Below, piece after piece: positions 10,601 to 22,600 of a DNA stretch of 64,000 nt. Under the pieces are notes generated by a model. That model had not been told where the DNA came from. It saw only the letters and a program-made list of their open reading frames with translations, and did no database searches. Location of the stretch: IMG/VR virus record IMGVR_UViG_3300050343_000191, positions 124,001-188,000 of that record, one strand, 5' to 3'. Made by a program: the position numbers and the translations under genes. Numbering within the stretch: position 1 is the first letter of the stretch; each line of letters begins with the position of its first letter.

Positions 10601-12103
10601 GGTATATGCGTTTGCTAAAGTTAATTTTGTATATGTTTGAATATCATAGAGATAGAGATCCCAATTAGTTGATCCATCTTTATAAGAATCATCCGTCACA
10701 CCCCACCAGTAAACTCTTGCCTCACCAACCTTAGTTGATAATCCGGCACCAGATGCATTACCAGTGTTGGTATTTCCTGATGCATTTCTCCTTTCAGAGT
10801 ATAATTCAATAATATTAGTGTTAGTAGTATTTGCACCACCTGCTGCAGCGTCACCAATATTTAAATATGGTGTTCCATGAACATTGTTTACTCTTACTAA
10901 ACTTCCAAGAGCAAATGGAATCAGCGCACCACCTACTGTTTTAGTAGTTCTTGGTTTTTCTACATCAATTATACTAGAACCAACAAGATCAATATCATAT
11001 CCTTTAACGTAGGCAGTGCCAGCAGACACTCTAACACCCATCAAATTGTCGCTAGGTGTATTCCCTTCATCAGTTACTTCATCCTCTCTGAAGAGACCTC
11101 CGTTGCCAGTCTCATTGTTTAAAGTGTCAACAACATCTACAATAAAACTATCAACAGCATAATTGCCAGATTCTTCGTAAGTTCTCTTTGCAAAGTAATC
11201 TCTAATCAAATTATAATTTGATTTATTCTGTAACTTTTTAATTTCACCTTCATCAATTCTTACCAACTCAACAAAACTAGTGTCTTCATTATCAGTGAGT
11301 TGTTTTTTAGTTAATTTAAGTTGAATTTTTAATCTATCTGCACCTGGTGCAGCATAGTTAGTAAAACCTTTTGCATTATCATTTAGTTTTGGATCTTGAT
11401 CTGCATTTACAATTTCCTCAATAATATCATATCCAACTCTGAACGATGGTTTATTATCAAAAGGATCAAGAACAATCTGTTCATTTGGAACATCAACAAA
11501 AGTTCCTCTAATAAAATATACACCTTCTGCTACACCGACAGAATAACCTGTATTTGTTGCATTTACTGAATTAATGGTAAAAACAGTATCGCCAGAGACA
11601 ATAGAAGTATTTCCATACGTTATATTCTCTTGAAGAATTAGAGTTTCACTATCTTCAAACTCAAAACTTGTACCATCGACGCCACCATCTTGATACTTAA
11701 CAAATAGTGTAATTTCTTCAACACCTTCTTCAGGAGGAAGTAAATATCCTTTGATTGTTCCGACAATCTCCGAGTTTTCCCCCTTTACCTTGGATCCCTT
11801 ACCATTATTTGCATTTATAACAGCATCCAAATATACTGTAATATCAATTCCTAAGTGGTCTCCATTAACCTTAACCGTAGTAAAGGCATTATCACAAGTG
11901 ATTCCTCCAGGAATCACCATGGAACCTTCTTTGAACATATGACTGCCAAAGGATTCTATCTGATTTTGCAGAATCGACTGAAGACCCGATAATTCTCTAG
12001 CCTGAACAGGATACCCAGGTTTAAACAGAACTTTGTAAAAATTATCTGCCTTATCAAAATCATCATAATAAGGACTTACGTTTAAATTCGTCTTTTGTGG
12101 CAT
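4694..12103 (-). CDS. Large virion structural protein, DUF4815/VrlC-like (2469 aa)
   Basis: N-terminus MPQKTNLNVSPYYDDFD...YKVLFKPGYPVQARELSGLQSILQNQI; internal DFRP, LPRID and RFKSGFIVSDF motifs; HRDPLAQSF; lies downstream of gp8. Confidence 0.85.
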   Translation of the reverse strand: MPQKTNLNVSPYYDDFDKADNFYKVLFKPGYPVQARELSGLQSILQNQIESFGSHMFKEGSMVIPGGITCDNAFTTVKVNGDHLGIDITVYLDAVINANNGKGSKVKGENSEIVGTIKGYLLPPEEGVEEITLFVKYQDGGVDGTSFEFEDSETLILQENITYGNTSIVSGDTVFTINSVNATNTGYSVGVAEGVYFIRGTFVDVPNEQIVLDPFDNKPSFRVGYDIIEEIVNADQDPKLNDNAKGFTNYAAPGADRLKIQLKLTKKQLTDNEDTSFVELVRIDEGEIKKLQNKSNYNLIRDYFAKRTYEESGNYAVDSFIVDVVDTLNNETGNGGLFREDEVTDEGNTPSDNLMGVRVSAGTAYVKGYDIDLVGSSIIDVEKPRTTKTVGGALIPFALGSLVRVNNVHGTPYLNIGDAAAGGANTTNTNIIELYSERRNASGNTNTGNASGAGLSTKVGEARVYWWGVTDDSYKDGSTNWDLYLYDIQTYTKLTLANAYTTGDVPVTSYIRGLSSGATGYVSVIATNDYSLTQTSGRFLIGEQVIINENPKFKTGITGMAIYDTSDIKSVFQDSNGLNSALLTNFVADTVLYEQELERFGVKDQLVISGSNTGKVSGRNFQDGEGGIKLGSIIKYQTGGDPNFNVVNAIRADGTAVTLGAAPTAVGGVNKSSVDNGQYNFSLMVPRIRQYGSNGLYATMPVENTATVDLANADLTITKQITGQTVAGGTLTLQVADAVDVSAGITSVFFESFDAERYTITDNNGSPIALNSGNFALGANGNSVTFSGLANGAVTVQATLKKRGVTNKTKDFARSNKVSIVRTTGATSTVGLTTSKFYGTRIEDNEISLNVPDVVNVRAIYESTNTAAPVLDKLTFATGLSLDQNAIVGEKIVGQDSRAVAQVVNTTANGIEYVKLNTNNFSVGESVKFKNSAIESVIQEITPGSYSDRTANYRLDKGHRHQFCDYSRIIRRKGSAVPSRQLLIVFDSYKVGSNNTGDIFTVNSYSQDRFTSDIPTLPNGLRCSDLLDFRPRVKEFDPSTNASPFAFNIRQYEYNYKYVVSPDETSFLGYSYYLPRIDLVSINRLGEIEVIKGEPADTPQAPVLTDDAMEVAQILLPPYLYSATKDPKILLRDNRRFTMRDIGKLEDRIENLEEVTSLSLLELSTKTLDVTDANGLSRFKSGFIVSDFRDKSLMDPRLSTVDISKEGAMCIAPVDFWSMAAELALDPGIDVTTTDLSQNLKLLDPNIQKTGDLLTLKYEEVDWLNQPHATNVENVNPFNVIVFVGGVVLDPASDNWVRTIYLDDHRTESTGAQWKQEATVTRDVDKKTEYVTYKKGGGRGEKKKRAFTTTTITTKTKFKPKLKGPAREFNYVEDVKISGEADPWMRSRNVFFAANGLRPYSKHYLYLDSQQVDIIPKVCEIEMQSGTFRIYEHADVFDSTGRKIGVMRIQKPNHKFGDKSRPDIGAGLGSPAVYVEEYQVDPYDRNRPGPGDTYSPTSKLINFGVRWLANPTAPFYGYVEKGAKVVGKTSGAVCTITRAELVSDNWGDIIANFFFRNPNSNPRPAIRVKSGTKTVKVTAVPPNTVVLPGSTVFASEAIGSYSGSGTILTQETSRVSVRNPPKPKRRKTEVEVKVKAPHRDPLAQSFTVDGKGCFLTSFDLFFAVKDPGAKIFVELRTMELGTPTSFLVQDYTQVALNPEQININEANPFEPVATRVRFPSPVYLEADTEYAIVILSPASDGYEMWTATMGKKTVRTTNLPDVQNVVVTKQYIGGSLFKSQNGTIWTASQYQDLTFKLYKAKFVPSGALTFYNSDILPKGDNSAILEDNPIEGLPRKLKLPVSGTLNAGVISGVKVAEGATAPSVNGIVENLGGPSVSGTGNVSIASSGTGYKPSASIANVDLVSLTGKGTGAKATLTINSFGSVEGVNITTVGTGYVEGETVGIVTSTMAVTKRAGKGARFTLTGIGNADTLYLTNVQGENFTNTLNLFYYGDPSNEATRVTADVTVNGSSTLIDDIYSGNIFRIKQHNHAHHGGNNKISIEDILPDTGKTTITGTFGETDGVVAVANTSLFGTFEGISTSRGYALLNNEIISYNSISAGAGDAGTLSIDARAIGNSVKSSHTTGEFIQPYEVNGVSLTRINTSHNIPATYYTDENSNLDNYYIEFDRTTASPTSRGSGSGMINFESRKGFGGNTVGISQNYQFSNIEAMFNIITPGKGTKSSSLIRTVSGTSAGGNEVSFIDQGFEPITLNKVIHFDTPRMVASKVNEIERLGVLPSNKSLSMRVEFTSEDENLSPVMDIQNATFILGRNKSNAPVKDYVDDSRANLIENDPHGAVFVTKQISLAQPATSLKIYIAANRQEDADFRVLYQLIKADSSEIDQKFIPFPGYDNLIDDDGDGFGDRIIDPEKSSGRADAFVAADDKEGFSEYQFSVNNVDQFTAFAIKVVMSSTNESTPVQLKDFRAIALA

Positions 12104-12106
12104 TTT

Positions 12107-13666
12107 TTAAAATTCCAGTATAATTTTGAGGTCTTCTTTTTGGCGGGCATTTCTAGCAATGCTAGATCTGTTGTCAAGATAAATTAATTCTCCTGACCCT
12201 TTATTTATTTCAGGAACTGCCATGCCACTGGTGAAGTCAACACCAAGATTAATTAACTTTGTTCCTGTTGGGTTTGTTGTGATTCCTGCAAATCCAGTAT
12301 CGATGGAAGCGGAAAAATTAGATACATTACCACTGATTACATTTGATGATGCTTCAAAATCATATGGTCTACCATTTGTAGATATACCCGCATAATCTCT
12401 TTGATTAAAGGTTGTCTGGTTATAGAAGAGAGATCTGTCTCTAAAATACTTTAAAACCTTTGTCTCAAGATCATATGATGCAACATAACCAAATGCCTTT
12501 CCAGTTCCACTAGAAACAATCTGTTCAATCTTCTCTCCAATTTTTGGTGTTCCTGTAATTGAAGAAAATTTGAAAGAACTTAATCCGGAGAAAGTATTTT
12601 CTTGATATACATCACTAGTTCCAACTTTTGTTGGATTCTTTACGATACCAACTTGTGCAAAACTTGTATCAACTGGGAAATCTTTTGTGGAATCGTCAAA
12701 TCTTGCATAAACAAGAACTTTATCAGTACCCAATTCAGTGTACACATCAAATCCATGACCCTTTGATGGGGGAATAATGGGTATTAAATGTGCCGGAGTA
12801 CCAGTACTGCCTGAATTAATTGATCCCAAGTCAACTAATGCATAACTATAGTCTTTTCCCCCAGAAGTAACTGTAGTATTTGTAATGCGTGTACCTTCTA
12901 CATCAACTCTAACTTTTGCTCCAGTACCATCACCAATAATATCAAACTCTTGTCCCAAACCATTTGCATATCCTTTACCAGATGCTTGAATATAAACAGT
13001 CTTAATCTGATTTTCATTAATACTTGAGTCGGCAGATTCCCTAATAGTTCTTATTTGAGATTCTGTACTAGTTTGCCACTCATTGGGTACTGTGAGATAT
13101 TCTGTAGAATCAAATTTAATAATGTCACTTGGAGGAATAGTAAATAGATATTTCCAAATATATCCGTCTCCACTATCACCAGCTCTAGTTGGTTCTAGAT
13201 CTGTAAATTTTGGTTGATCCTGAGAAACATTTCCTTTTGGATTATCACCACTAGATCCATTTTCAATACAAATATAAACTCTATAGTCTTCATTCATCAC
13301 ATAATAATTTGCATCATATAATCTAGATGCATTAGTTATGGGTGCTGGACTAGTAATGCTATAGTCATCACGATATATTTCATATCTGCTTCCAGAGACC
13401 CAATTAATACGTCGGACTAATCGTCTTACATTGGCAGAAGTTACCTTCTTACCATATAAAACAAGATCACCTGCATGGTTGTTATAAGCAACACTATCAA
13501 TTGGGGATGGTGGATTGGTATTCCAAGCAACTGTCCTACCAAAACCAACATTAGTTGGGTTGGGTAGACCAACTGTGATATAGTAAGAGTTACTCGTGGA
13601 TTCAACAGAATCCACAAAGTTACTGGCATTCAAAATTCTAAATTGATCAGTAACAATTGCTGACAT
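12107..13666 (-). CDS. gp8: Baseplate wedge subunit gp8
   Basis: MSAIVTDQFRILNA; W..G..Y..Y; YRVYICIENG; DGYIWKYLFTI; C-terminal ELIYLDNR...RQKEDLKIILEF. Confidence 0.9.
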   Translation of the reverse strand: MSAIVTDQFRILNASNFVDSVESTSNSYYITVGLPNPTNVGFGRTVAWNTNPPSPIDSVAYNNHAGDLVLYGKKVTSANVRRLVRRINWVSGSRYEIYRDDYSITSPAPITNASRLYDANYYVMNEDYRVYICIENGSSGDNPKGNVSQDQPKFTDLEPTRAGDSGDGYIWKYLFTIPPSDIIKFDSTEYLTVPNEWQTSTESQIRTIRESADSSINENQIKTVYIQASGKGYANGLGQEFDIIGDGTGAKVRVDVEGTRITNTTVTSGGKDYSYALVDLGSINSGSTGTPAHLIPIIPPSKGHGFDVYTELGTDKVLVYARFDDSTKDFPVDTSFAQVGIVKNPTKVGTSDVYQENTFSGLSSFKFSSITGTPKIGEKIEQIVSSGTGKAFGYVASYDLETKVLKYFRDRSLFYNQTTFNQRDYAGISTNGRPYDFEASSNVISGNVSNFSASIDTGFAGITTNPTGTKLINLGVDFTSGMAVPEINKGSGELIYLDNRSSIARNARQKEDLKIILEF

Positions 13667-13683
13667 CTTTATCTTTTTTTATA

Positions 13684-13691
13684 TATTTATA
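13684..13691 (-). promoter_or_regulatory. T4-type late promoter TATAAATA
   Basis: Exact consensus 18 nt upstream of the gp8 ATG. Confidence 0.8.
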
Positions 13692-13696
13692 GGAGA

Positions 13697-16600
13697 TTAC
13701 TGAATGTAAAATGACAAGTTGTTATCGGCTTCCAGACTTACACCATCAGCGCGTGGTTTTCTGGAACGTATTGCTCCAGTTTTGCCTTCACCAAAGTTTC
13801 CTCTCCTTTGGATAGTTGGGAAGGTTGATAATCCAGCATCAACAGTCAAACCAGTCACCCCAATAGAAATTCCATTAGTTCTATTGTCATAGTTATATAT
13901 TCTTCCCCAAGAAAGTTTTCCAAGAGAAGTTGTTAATCCTGCCTGAAGATCATCAAAAGTGCCGCTTTCGAGTATTCCAATTACAGGACTACCGGAATCA
14001 ATATTACAAATAATTTCTGCATTCGATGCAAGACTTGTTATTGAGTTGACAACATAAACGTTATCAAGGAATGACGTACCAATACCAACAACTGCAGAAT
14101 CACTACTATTTACAGAAGTAACTCCATTACCAACTGTGGTATCATAAATCATAATGGGATATCCCGCTACCAAATCCAGTGCATCAGAAGCAACATTTGC
14201 TTCACCATTTTCACCATAGTCTTTCATTGCGCGGAAGTTAAACTTCAATGCAAGTGGATGTCCACCTGTACCAGTTGTTGTACTGATTCCAGTAATAATT
14301 CCACTAAATCCTTGAACATTTTGAACTGTATTGATAGTTTCATATAGAGGTGTGGGAAGTTCTGCAATAATTCTTGGTGGATTTGTATTTGTATATCCAA
14401 ATCCAGGATTGATAACTGTAACTGAAGAAACTTGACCATTTGAAATATTGGCAGTTCCAGTTGCAGTGATTCCAATACCAACACCTATTTCTTTGGGTGC
14501 CGAGAACTTAATATCAATTGTAGAAGTTGTATATCCAAATCCGACATTATCAATGGTTACTGCGGAGACAGTGCCTGCAATGGAAACTGTAGAAGTAAAC
14601 GCAGCAGAAACTGGTTCATTTGAAGTTTCCATCATAAATGCATCGAATGTAAATGTATTCTGATTAAGATCCAGAATAATTTCGTCGTAATCAAAGAATT
14701 GTGCATTATCTACAAAGATATCACTTGAAGTTGGAGTAACATCACCAATGATTTTTGCAGTTGGGAAGATCTTAGTTTCTAAGACTGGTCTTACCTTACT
14801 AACAATATCACCCTTTACATAGATATCTTTCTTCTGTTTAATCCAATCAAATGGTCTGAAGTTAGTATCATCAACACCTGGACCACTATAGATGTTAGTT
14901 TCTACAATATCAGAACCTACAATTTCGGTGATTGCCCTATCATTAATTTGTCTTTGAGATGTTGAAATTAGTGGTTGTCTCAACATTCTTACATCATCAC
15001 CAATCTTGAGAGTCTCAGTGGTTTCTACCTGAAGAACATCAACACCATCTTGACCAATGTAGAAGAAAATATCAACTTTATCATTGACCTTAGGTGCTTC
15101 CATAAACAAGAATGAAGTTCCACCAGTAAACTGATATGCATAACCAGGTGTCTGCAATACACCATTAATGAAGATGACAAGAACTGAGTCAAGATCAATA
15201 TTTGCAGAAAGAGGGTTATTTGGATCTAATTCAAAACTTAGAAGTTCGCCATTATAGTAAAGTGGGAATCTCTTTCTAGTACCGTTTTGATATCCAAAGA
15301 TGCTGTCAATATAATCCATTTCACCAAAGGACCAGGAAGAGAACCTATCAGTAAATGTTTCAACAACTTCAAGTTGGAAAGGTGCTATTGGTTGTGTATA
15401 ATTTTTTGCTGTTACTAGACCAACAGCTTCAAGAATATCGCCAGGTTTGAATGCATATCCAGATCTTGCAACCTTAAAAGTATCAATTAAGAATAATGTA
15501 GATCCAATACCAACATTACTTGTTCCTGCTGCACCCACAGTAAGATTTAACAGTAGATTTCTACCAGTTTCAGTTGTTGCACCAATACCCAGTCTAGAAA
15601 CGCCAACAACTTCTACATTCTCATAGTTTGGTTCGGGAATGATCAATGCTGGATTGATATATCCCTGACCAGGATTTGTGATTGAAAATGCTAAAGTTCC
15701 ACCAATACCAACGGTCGCATCAACTACTGCACCAGTTCCACTACCACCAGCAGATCCAACACCAACACTAATTGTATTAGTGGTGAATGATGTAATTCCT
15801 AGAGTTGCTCCTGCAGCAGGATCAGTTGCTCTTGGATATGGTTGCTCAGTAAAGAAATCATCATCAGAGCAAGTAAAGATCAAACCATCTGTTGCAATCT
15901 GAACAGTATCCGTAGTATCCAAACCGTGACTTGGAATAGTAAGTCTCAATACGCCTGTATGAGAAGTGTAATCTGCTTTAGTTGGTGTAAATGGTCCACC
16001 ACTACTTGCAGTAACACTATTGTTCACAGATCTGATGAACTTGTGTTCGTATGCTAGATCTGTAATACCGATAGAAACTGGTTCTCTATATCCAGATCCA
16101 AAATTATTGGTAAAGTATCTTCTAACGGTACCACCAGTCTCATAAGTATGTGGAATTGTAGATGGACCCACTCTGATTGAAACTCTGGTTGCAGAAATTA
16201 CCTGAACAACATCAACAGGATAATCATAATCTGGGAAGATAGTTGTTGTACCATATCCAGTGCTACCACAACTAAATTCCAAATTATCCAGTTTTACAAA
16301 ATCTCCACCTAAGATGTTGTGAGAGTCATTGGTTTCAATTTCAAGGATTCCTGTAATATTGTTATAAAGTGCTGTAGAGATAGCAACTGTAGATCCAACT
16401 GTATTAATACCGATGAGGTCAGTAAGTTGACCTGTAGAATTTTTCAGAACTTTAATTTCTGCACCAAGCAAGGGTGCATATCCAAGACCAGGAGTAGAAC
16501 CTAAAGAAACAATCAGACCACCTCTTGGGAGTTGATTTTGATTAATATCAAAATCAGATTGAATAAATGATCCATCTACAGAAGTAATACCTGTGTAAAT

Positions 16601-19600
16601 TACACTCGTGACTCCTACTGCACTATCATTATCAATTTCATAGTTATTTCCTGCATTATTTTCAGTGGTGGGAGTTTGGAATACGCCATTAATAAACAGA
16701 ATACCATTACCAGCATCGATACCAGTAGTATTAGCACCGCCAACTTTCAATGTATATGTCTTACCAATTCCTGTGAAGGAATCTGAAATATCATCAAATA
16801 CCATATTGGTGTCATAATCAGATCTTAGGAAAGTTCTTCCAGAGAATTGTGCAGTTACATATGGGAGATTACTTTCATTTCTTCTTGCTCTATTATTACC
16901 TTTTGGTGGATCAATGAAGTGAACTTCGTTTCCAACAATATTGAGAGCACCCCTGTAGATTTGAATAGTTGATCCATCAATGTGTGATGTTGCTGCAGAT
17001 CCAACAGCACCTCTCTGTACAGCGACTGTTGGGAATGTTGCAGCAACACCAGCAGCAATAAGACCGTTAATAGGACCAAGAATTTGACCACCAATATTTG
17101 TGCTAAGACCAACCTCAACAACCTTCATATACTCATCATCAACTCTCAAAAGGTCTCTTGGTTGGACGGAAGAAATGCCAGTAACATTAAATGTCGAAAT
17201 ACCTACAGAGATTCCTCCACTATTAAAATCAAGTTTATGATTAATTGGGGTAAATGTTATTGGTTGTTGTACAATACCATCAATAGCAATGACAGTTTTA
17301 CTCAACTTCTTAGTAAATTCTAGTTCATGAGCATTTCCGATTCCCGCATCAGTGAAGGTAACGGATATACCTGCAGTAGCGAACTGTGGCGTTGTCGATA
17401 ATTTAAATGTATCTGGAGTTAGGGCAATTGGATAAACTCTATCTGGTAGTTTATCTGTTACAATACCAAGATGGTTTACAGTTGCACCAATTCCCATCGG
17501 TTGTGTTCCAATGCCAATAAAGGTTGAAGTTGGTCTGTAAATTAATTCTTCTCCAGTATTAAAGAAATGATCTCTTAATGTGAATACACCTGTTGAATAA
17601 TTGATATTAACAGTATCTGTAGGATCAAATGTCTTCACATAAATTGGTTTACCTTCATGAGTCAATGTAAAGTTGGTTCTATTTGCTCTTAGACCATTAA
17701 GTCCATCAAATGCAGAGAGGAATACCAACTGATCAGTTGGACCGTATGAAAGTGAATTTGCTTGGTTATCAAAGTCCATCTCTCTGTAGAAGACTTCACT
17801 AAATGCTTGTGCCTCTACATTGTATCCCAAGTCTGGATAGAAATTGAGATAGAACTGATTACCACTGATCTCTCCACCAAATGTACCAAGACCAGTAACA
17901 TTATTAACTGGTGCAAATGGTCCAGGAGTGACAGTAACTTCACTAGTTCTTGAATTTGAAAGAATGTTGACTTGATGGATTGCTGATGTTGTTCCTGCAG
18001 AAACACGAACGACTGCTGCTGCAGCAGAAATGAATCTGCTATCAAAAGTTCCAACTCTTACTATATCAGTACCAAATCCAATAGTTGATTCTAATCTTGC
18101 ACTTCTTTCTGTTCCTGCAGGTTGATTGTTAAGAAGGAATCTATATGTTCCGATTCCAGTTGTGGTATTTCCAAATCCAACAATATGTGTTCTATAATCA
18201 AAAGCATCAACCTGATCAAAATTACGACCACGTACAGAAACAATACCTGAATTAGCATCATAAATTGCACTAACAAGTCCAACATTTGATGCACTATAAG
18301 ACTGTGTAGTATGATCAAAATAATACTCACTTACATAAGTATTAGTTCCATCAAAATCAATTGCAGCTTCAACATAGTTAGTTTCTCCACTAAATCTATT
18401 GGAAATCTCAATGTTTGCAAATAATCCATTGAAATCAGTACCATTGAATTCTGCAAGTGTTCCAATATTATTACCACCGGATACACTAGAGAGACCAACA
18501 AAAGAACTGACAAGATTTACAGAACCGATTGCTTGAGTACCAATACCAGAATTTCCGGGAGGAAGTGCTTGGAAAAGATAGGATTTTTTGAGTACTTTGA
18601 TATCATGATCAGTTTCAAAGGCATCTGTTGGAGTAAAGACAAGAGTCTTTCTTCCAAAACTATCAATATTTGCACTAAAGTCCCCAAGTTTAATATTTGT
18701 AAACGAATTATATTTTTCAAATATAAAAATATCATTGGTAGTTGATTGAACAACTAATTCGGATAACTGAACATCTTTACTGTCTGGATCAGCAATTTGT
18801 ATGACATATCTTACATGATTATCTACAAAATCGATCTCTTCAATTTCAACGAAAGTATCCTTAAATCCTCTACTAGAGAACTTATTACTAATATCATCAT
18901 GAATGAGAACCCTATTAGTTCTACACTCAATATAATCCGTCAACTTTCTATTCTGAATCTGTAGAGCGTTTGATTGCGTAAGACCAGTAACAGGACTTAC
19001 TCTTGGATCAACATCTACTGCATTATCGAAGTTGTTGATAATATCAACTCTTCTTTCACTAACAACATCAAGAATTACAATTGCCGTAGTTGTTCCACCA
19101 AGACCAATACCACTTCTACCAACAGAAGTTACACCAACATCAGCAAAGTTCTTAAGACCTGCTGGGTGAACAATACTGTTTACTGGGGTAGAAAGTTCAT
19201 CCCAAGTTATGGGACTCTTAATAGAGTATGAAAGATTCTGATAATAGTCATTGTTAGGAGTTACTTGATAATCTTCACTAATTTTGCCAACATCATCACT
19301 CCAACCAAGTTCCATTCTTGAGGAGTAATCAACTACAAATTTTGCCCTCTTTCTATCAATATTAGTTACTTCTGCAATTACACCACTAATAATCCCTTTA
19401 ATAATATCACCTTTATTAAGATTATATTTTCCAGTATATTTGATGTAATCATCTCTCACTAGAGAAATAAATGCATCTTCAGAACGGAATCCATTGCCAT
19501 CACTATTAACAAATAGTCTTTCATTCTTAGTGAATGTTCCCCTTTTTTGTTTGATATCAATGCGTGGATAGATGTTCTCATTGATAAGAGTTGCATATCC

Positions 19601-22600
19601 TGATTGATATGTCTTAGCAATACCTGCGTTGGTTGTAAGTCCAACACCCGATGCATCAATTAATTGAAAAGTCAACGTTGCTGGACTGGTATTTGCAAAC
19701 TGTATTACTTTGAATAATTGATAGTCATAGTCACTAGAATTGAATCCAGATCCATCTGGAGAGGACATTTCAATGCCTTCAACAAATACTTTATCATCAA
19801 CAGAAAATGGTGCTTGATTATATCCAAGAATTGGTGTCTTAAGCACACAAGTTGCAATTCCAGTTGGTCCACTAACCATTGAAACGATACCCACACCATT
19901 TGAATTATTGATTGTAATAATCTTATGTGGTTCAGAATCTAATCCAAATATTGGTGCTAATTGAACAATTTCGGAAATAGATCCATTCGGCGCTTTTGCA
20001 ACAAGAGTTGTTGTATCAACAATACTCTTAGTCGTATCATTCCAGAGAATAACATCTGGATCAGCAAGATATTTTGCACCGGCAAACTGAATATCAATTT
20101 CTTGAATCGTATCTAAATTGTCAACAGTGACAATTGGTGGTACAAATGCTTCTGGTCTAAGAGTCTTATCTGAAGGATAGTCATATCCAATATCACGAAG
20201 TCTAGTCTTTTTGATTCTACCAATAGAAGTAGATATTCCAATAATATTAGCATTTCTACCATTTACAGATGTAACATCTTCAAATGATGGGAGTTTATCA
20301 AAATTAAATCCTTCTGAAATAACTCTTACTTTAGAAATACTTCCATTAAGTGCGTTTGAGGATTTAGTGCTATATTCTAAAGTATCACATTCAGCACTGA
20401 TGTACGATAATATATTTGGATATCTGAATGGAGAAATCTTGAACTCAGTTGTTGAAGATGTTGTTGAAATTCCAAATACAGAGTACGTTCCGTTATATTC
20501 ACTATTTTCATATCTAATTTCTGAATATGCTTTGACTTCAGTATCCGCAGTGCTGATGTATCCACCTTTTTCTAAACCATAGTAAAGTCTTGATGGAATA
20601 TTATTAGAGTAATTCAGAGTCAATGAAGAATCAGAGTCAGTGCCAAAACCAACACTACCAAGACCAACTACGTTGAAGTCTCTAGAATCTCCTGAACTGA
20701 TATATTCATTATTGAAATTCTTGTCTCTGTAAATCTTTAATTGATATCCTCTTAGTGAAGTATCCTGAAGATTAAACTTCAAGTCACTATTTCTTATAAC
20801 ATCAATTGGTGGATTGACAGCAGAAATATAATGATTAACTCCACCAGTTGCACTAATACTTACTCCATTCTCTGTTTTTGGATTAGATTCATATAAAGTC
20901 TCTGCAAGTCTGAATTTATCAATACTATCTTGAATTATATAATAAATGCCAGTTGTTATACCAGAAGCAACTTCTGCTGCTTCATAAAATACTTTATCAC
21001 CAGTTTTATATCCATGATCTTGATAGGTAAACGATCCGTCAGAGAGAGTAATACCCGTCGAATTGATACCAATTGTATTGACAAGAATTTTCTTCTCATC
21101 TAAATTCAATTTTATATTCAATGCTCCAGTTGTTCCAAAACCAACAACAGTATTTGGAACTACATTTAGTTTGATAACGTCTTTATTGAGTAGACCATGA
21201 GTTGACGAAGTACTAACAATGGTTGTAATTCTGTCAACATTTCCAAGAATTTGTCCTTTATTAGTTTCTAAAAGATATTCTGAATTATTAGATCCATCAC
21301 TATAGAAGAACAATCCTTCAGATGCAGTGGTTAAACCAACTTGTGTTGTTAATCCAATGAGATTTTCGCCTTTGTTTATAACAAATACATCACTTGATAA
21401 TGTATTTGTATCTGGAATAAAGAATGTTCCTTGGTTAAGGGAGTTATCCCCCACAATAAGAGAATCAACGCCAGCAAGAGTACTCTTAGTAAAAGTAATT
21501 CTTTCTCCTGTCCTTAATCCATGATTGGGTATATAAATTGCTCTACAGGGAACAGAAACGCTAGATGTAGTGACTCCAACTGTTCTTACTTTCTTTTGAG
21601 CTCCACCTGCAGTAGTTCCAACACCAACGGATGTTACTGCATTAAAATAAATTAGTTTATTTCTTTCAGAATTAAACTTTGTGGTTTTTACTGGAAGTTT
21701 GACTCTATCAGAACTCAAACTAAGATCACTTCCAAAGGAGTGTGCTACACCAGTAGATCCAAATCTCTTAACAGTAAGTACGCCGTTTGAATAGTCATTG
21801 AGAACTCTTACAGTCTCAGTACCATCAGAGGATGTAATTGTTATAGAATTGCCAATTGATACTTCTCTAAATCTTCTAGAAACAAAAATATCCTCAAATT
21901 TACCGCCAGGAAGACCTGAGTAATTGGACATTGTTCCAGCAAGACCAACGGACTCTGTAGTAAATCCTATTCTCTTAGGTCCACTAAGGAATGGTATAGA
22001 GGTCGAAAGACCACTCACAAGAACGGTATCGTTATTATTTAAATCATATCCATCGCGATTGTAAGCAGAAACTTGATTATCATTGTCCCAAACAAATACA
22101 CAGTTTACATTTCTTTCCAATTCAGTTCTAATAGAAGATATACCAGCACCCTTTAATTCTTGAACTTCTCCCCTAAGACCAGCACCGCCTGTACCTTCAA
22201 AATTAAAGTTAACTCTATCGCCAATAGAGTAACCAACTCCACCATCAATGACTCTAATTTCATCAACAGATCCCTTTGTAACTGACTCTACATTACAGCG
22301 TTGTTGGAAAGTTTCATAAGATTCGTTGATAAAGTCATAATCTGCATATGGATCACTGACTTTATATGGAAAGGTATTTCTAACAAGATTATTTCCATTG
22401 AAATCAAATGTCTGATCTAAAATTAGATTTTCACCTATTACTTGTGACTTAAATTCATTTCCAACAAAATATGGGTATGCTGGTGCAAATTTCGCAGAGT
22501 TTTGCCCACTGGTTGTAACTCCAACAAAGTATGCATAAACTCCATTTGGAAACTCTGGAGTTTTACAGAATCTACCATTATGCAAATCAAGATCACCACT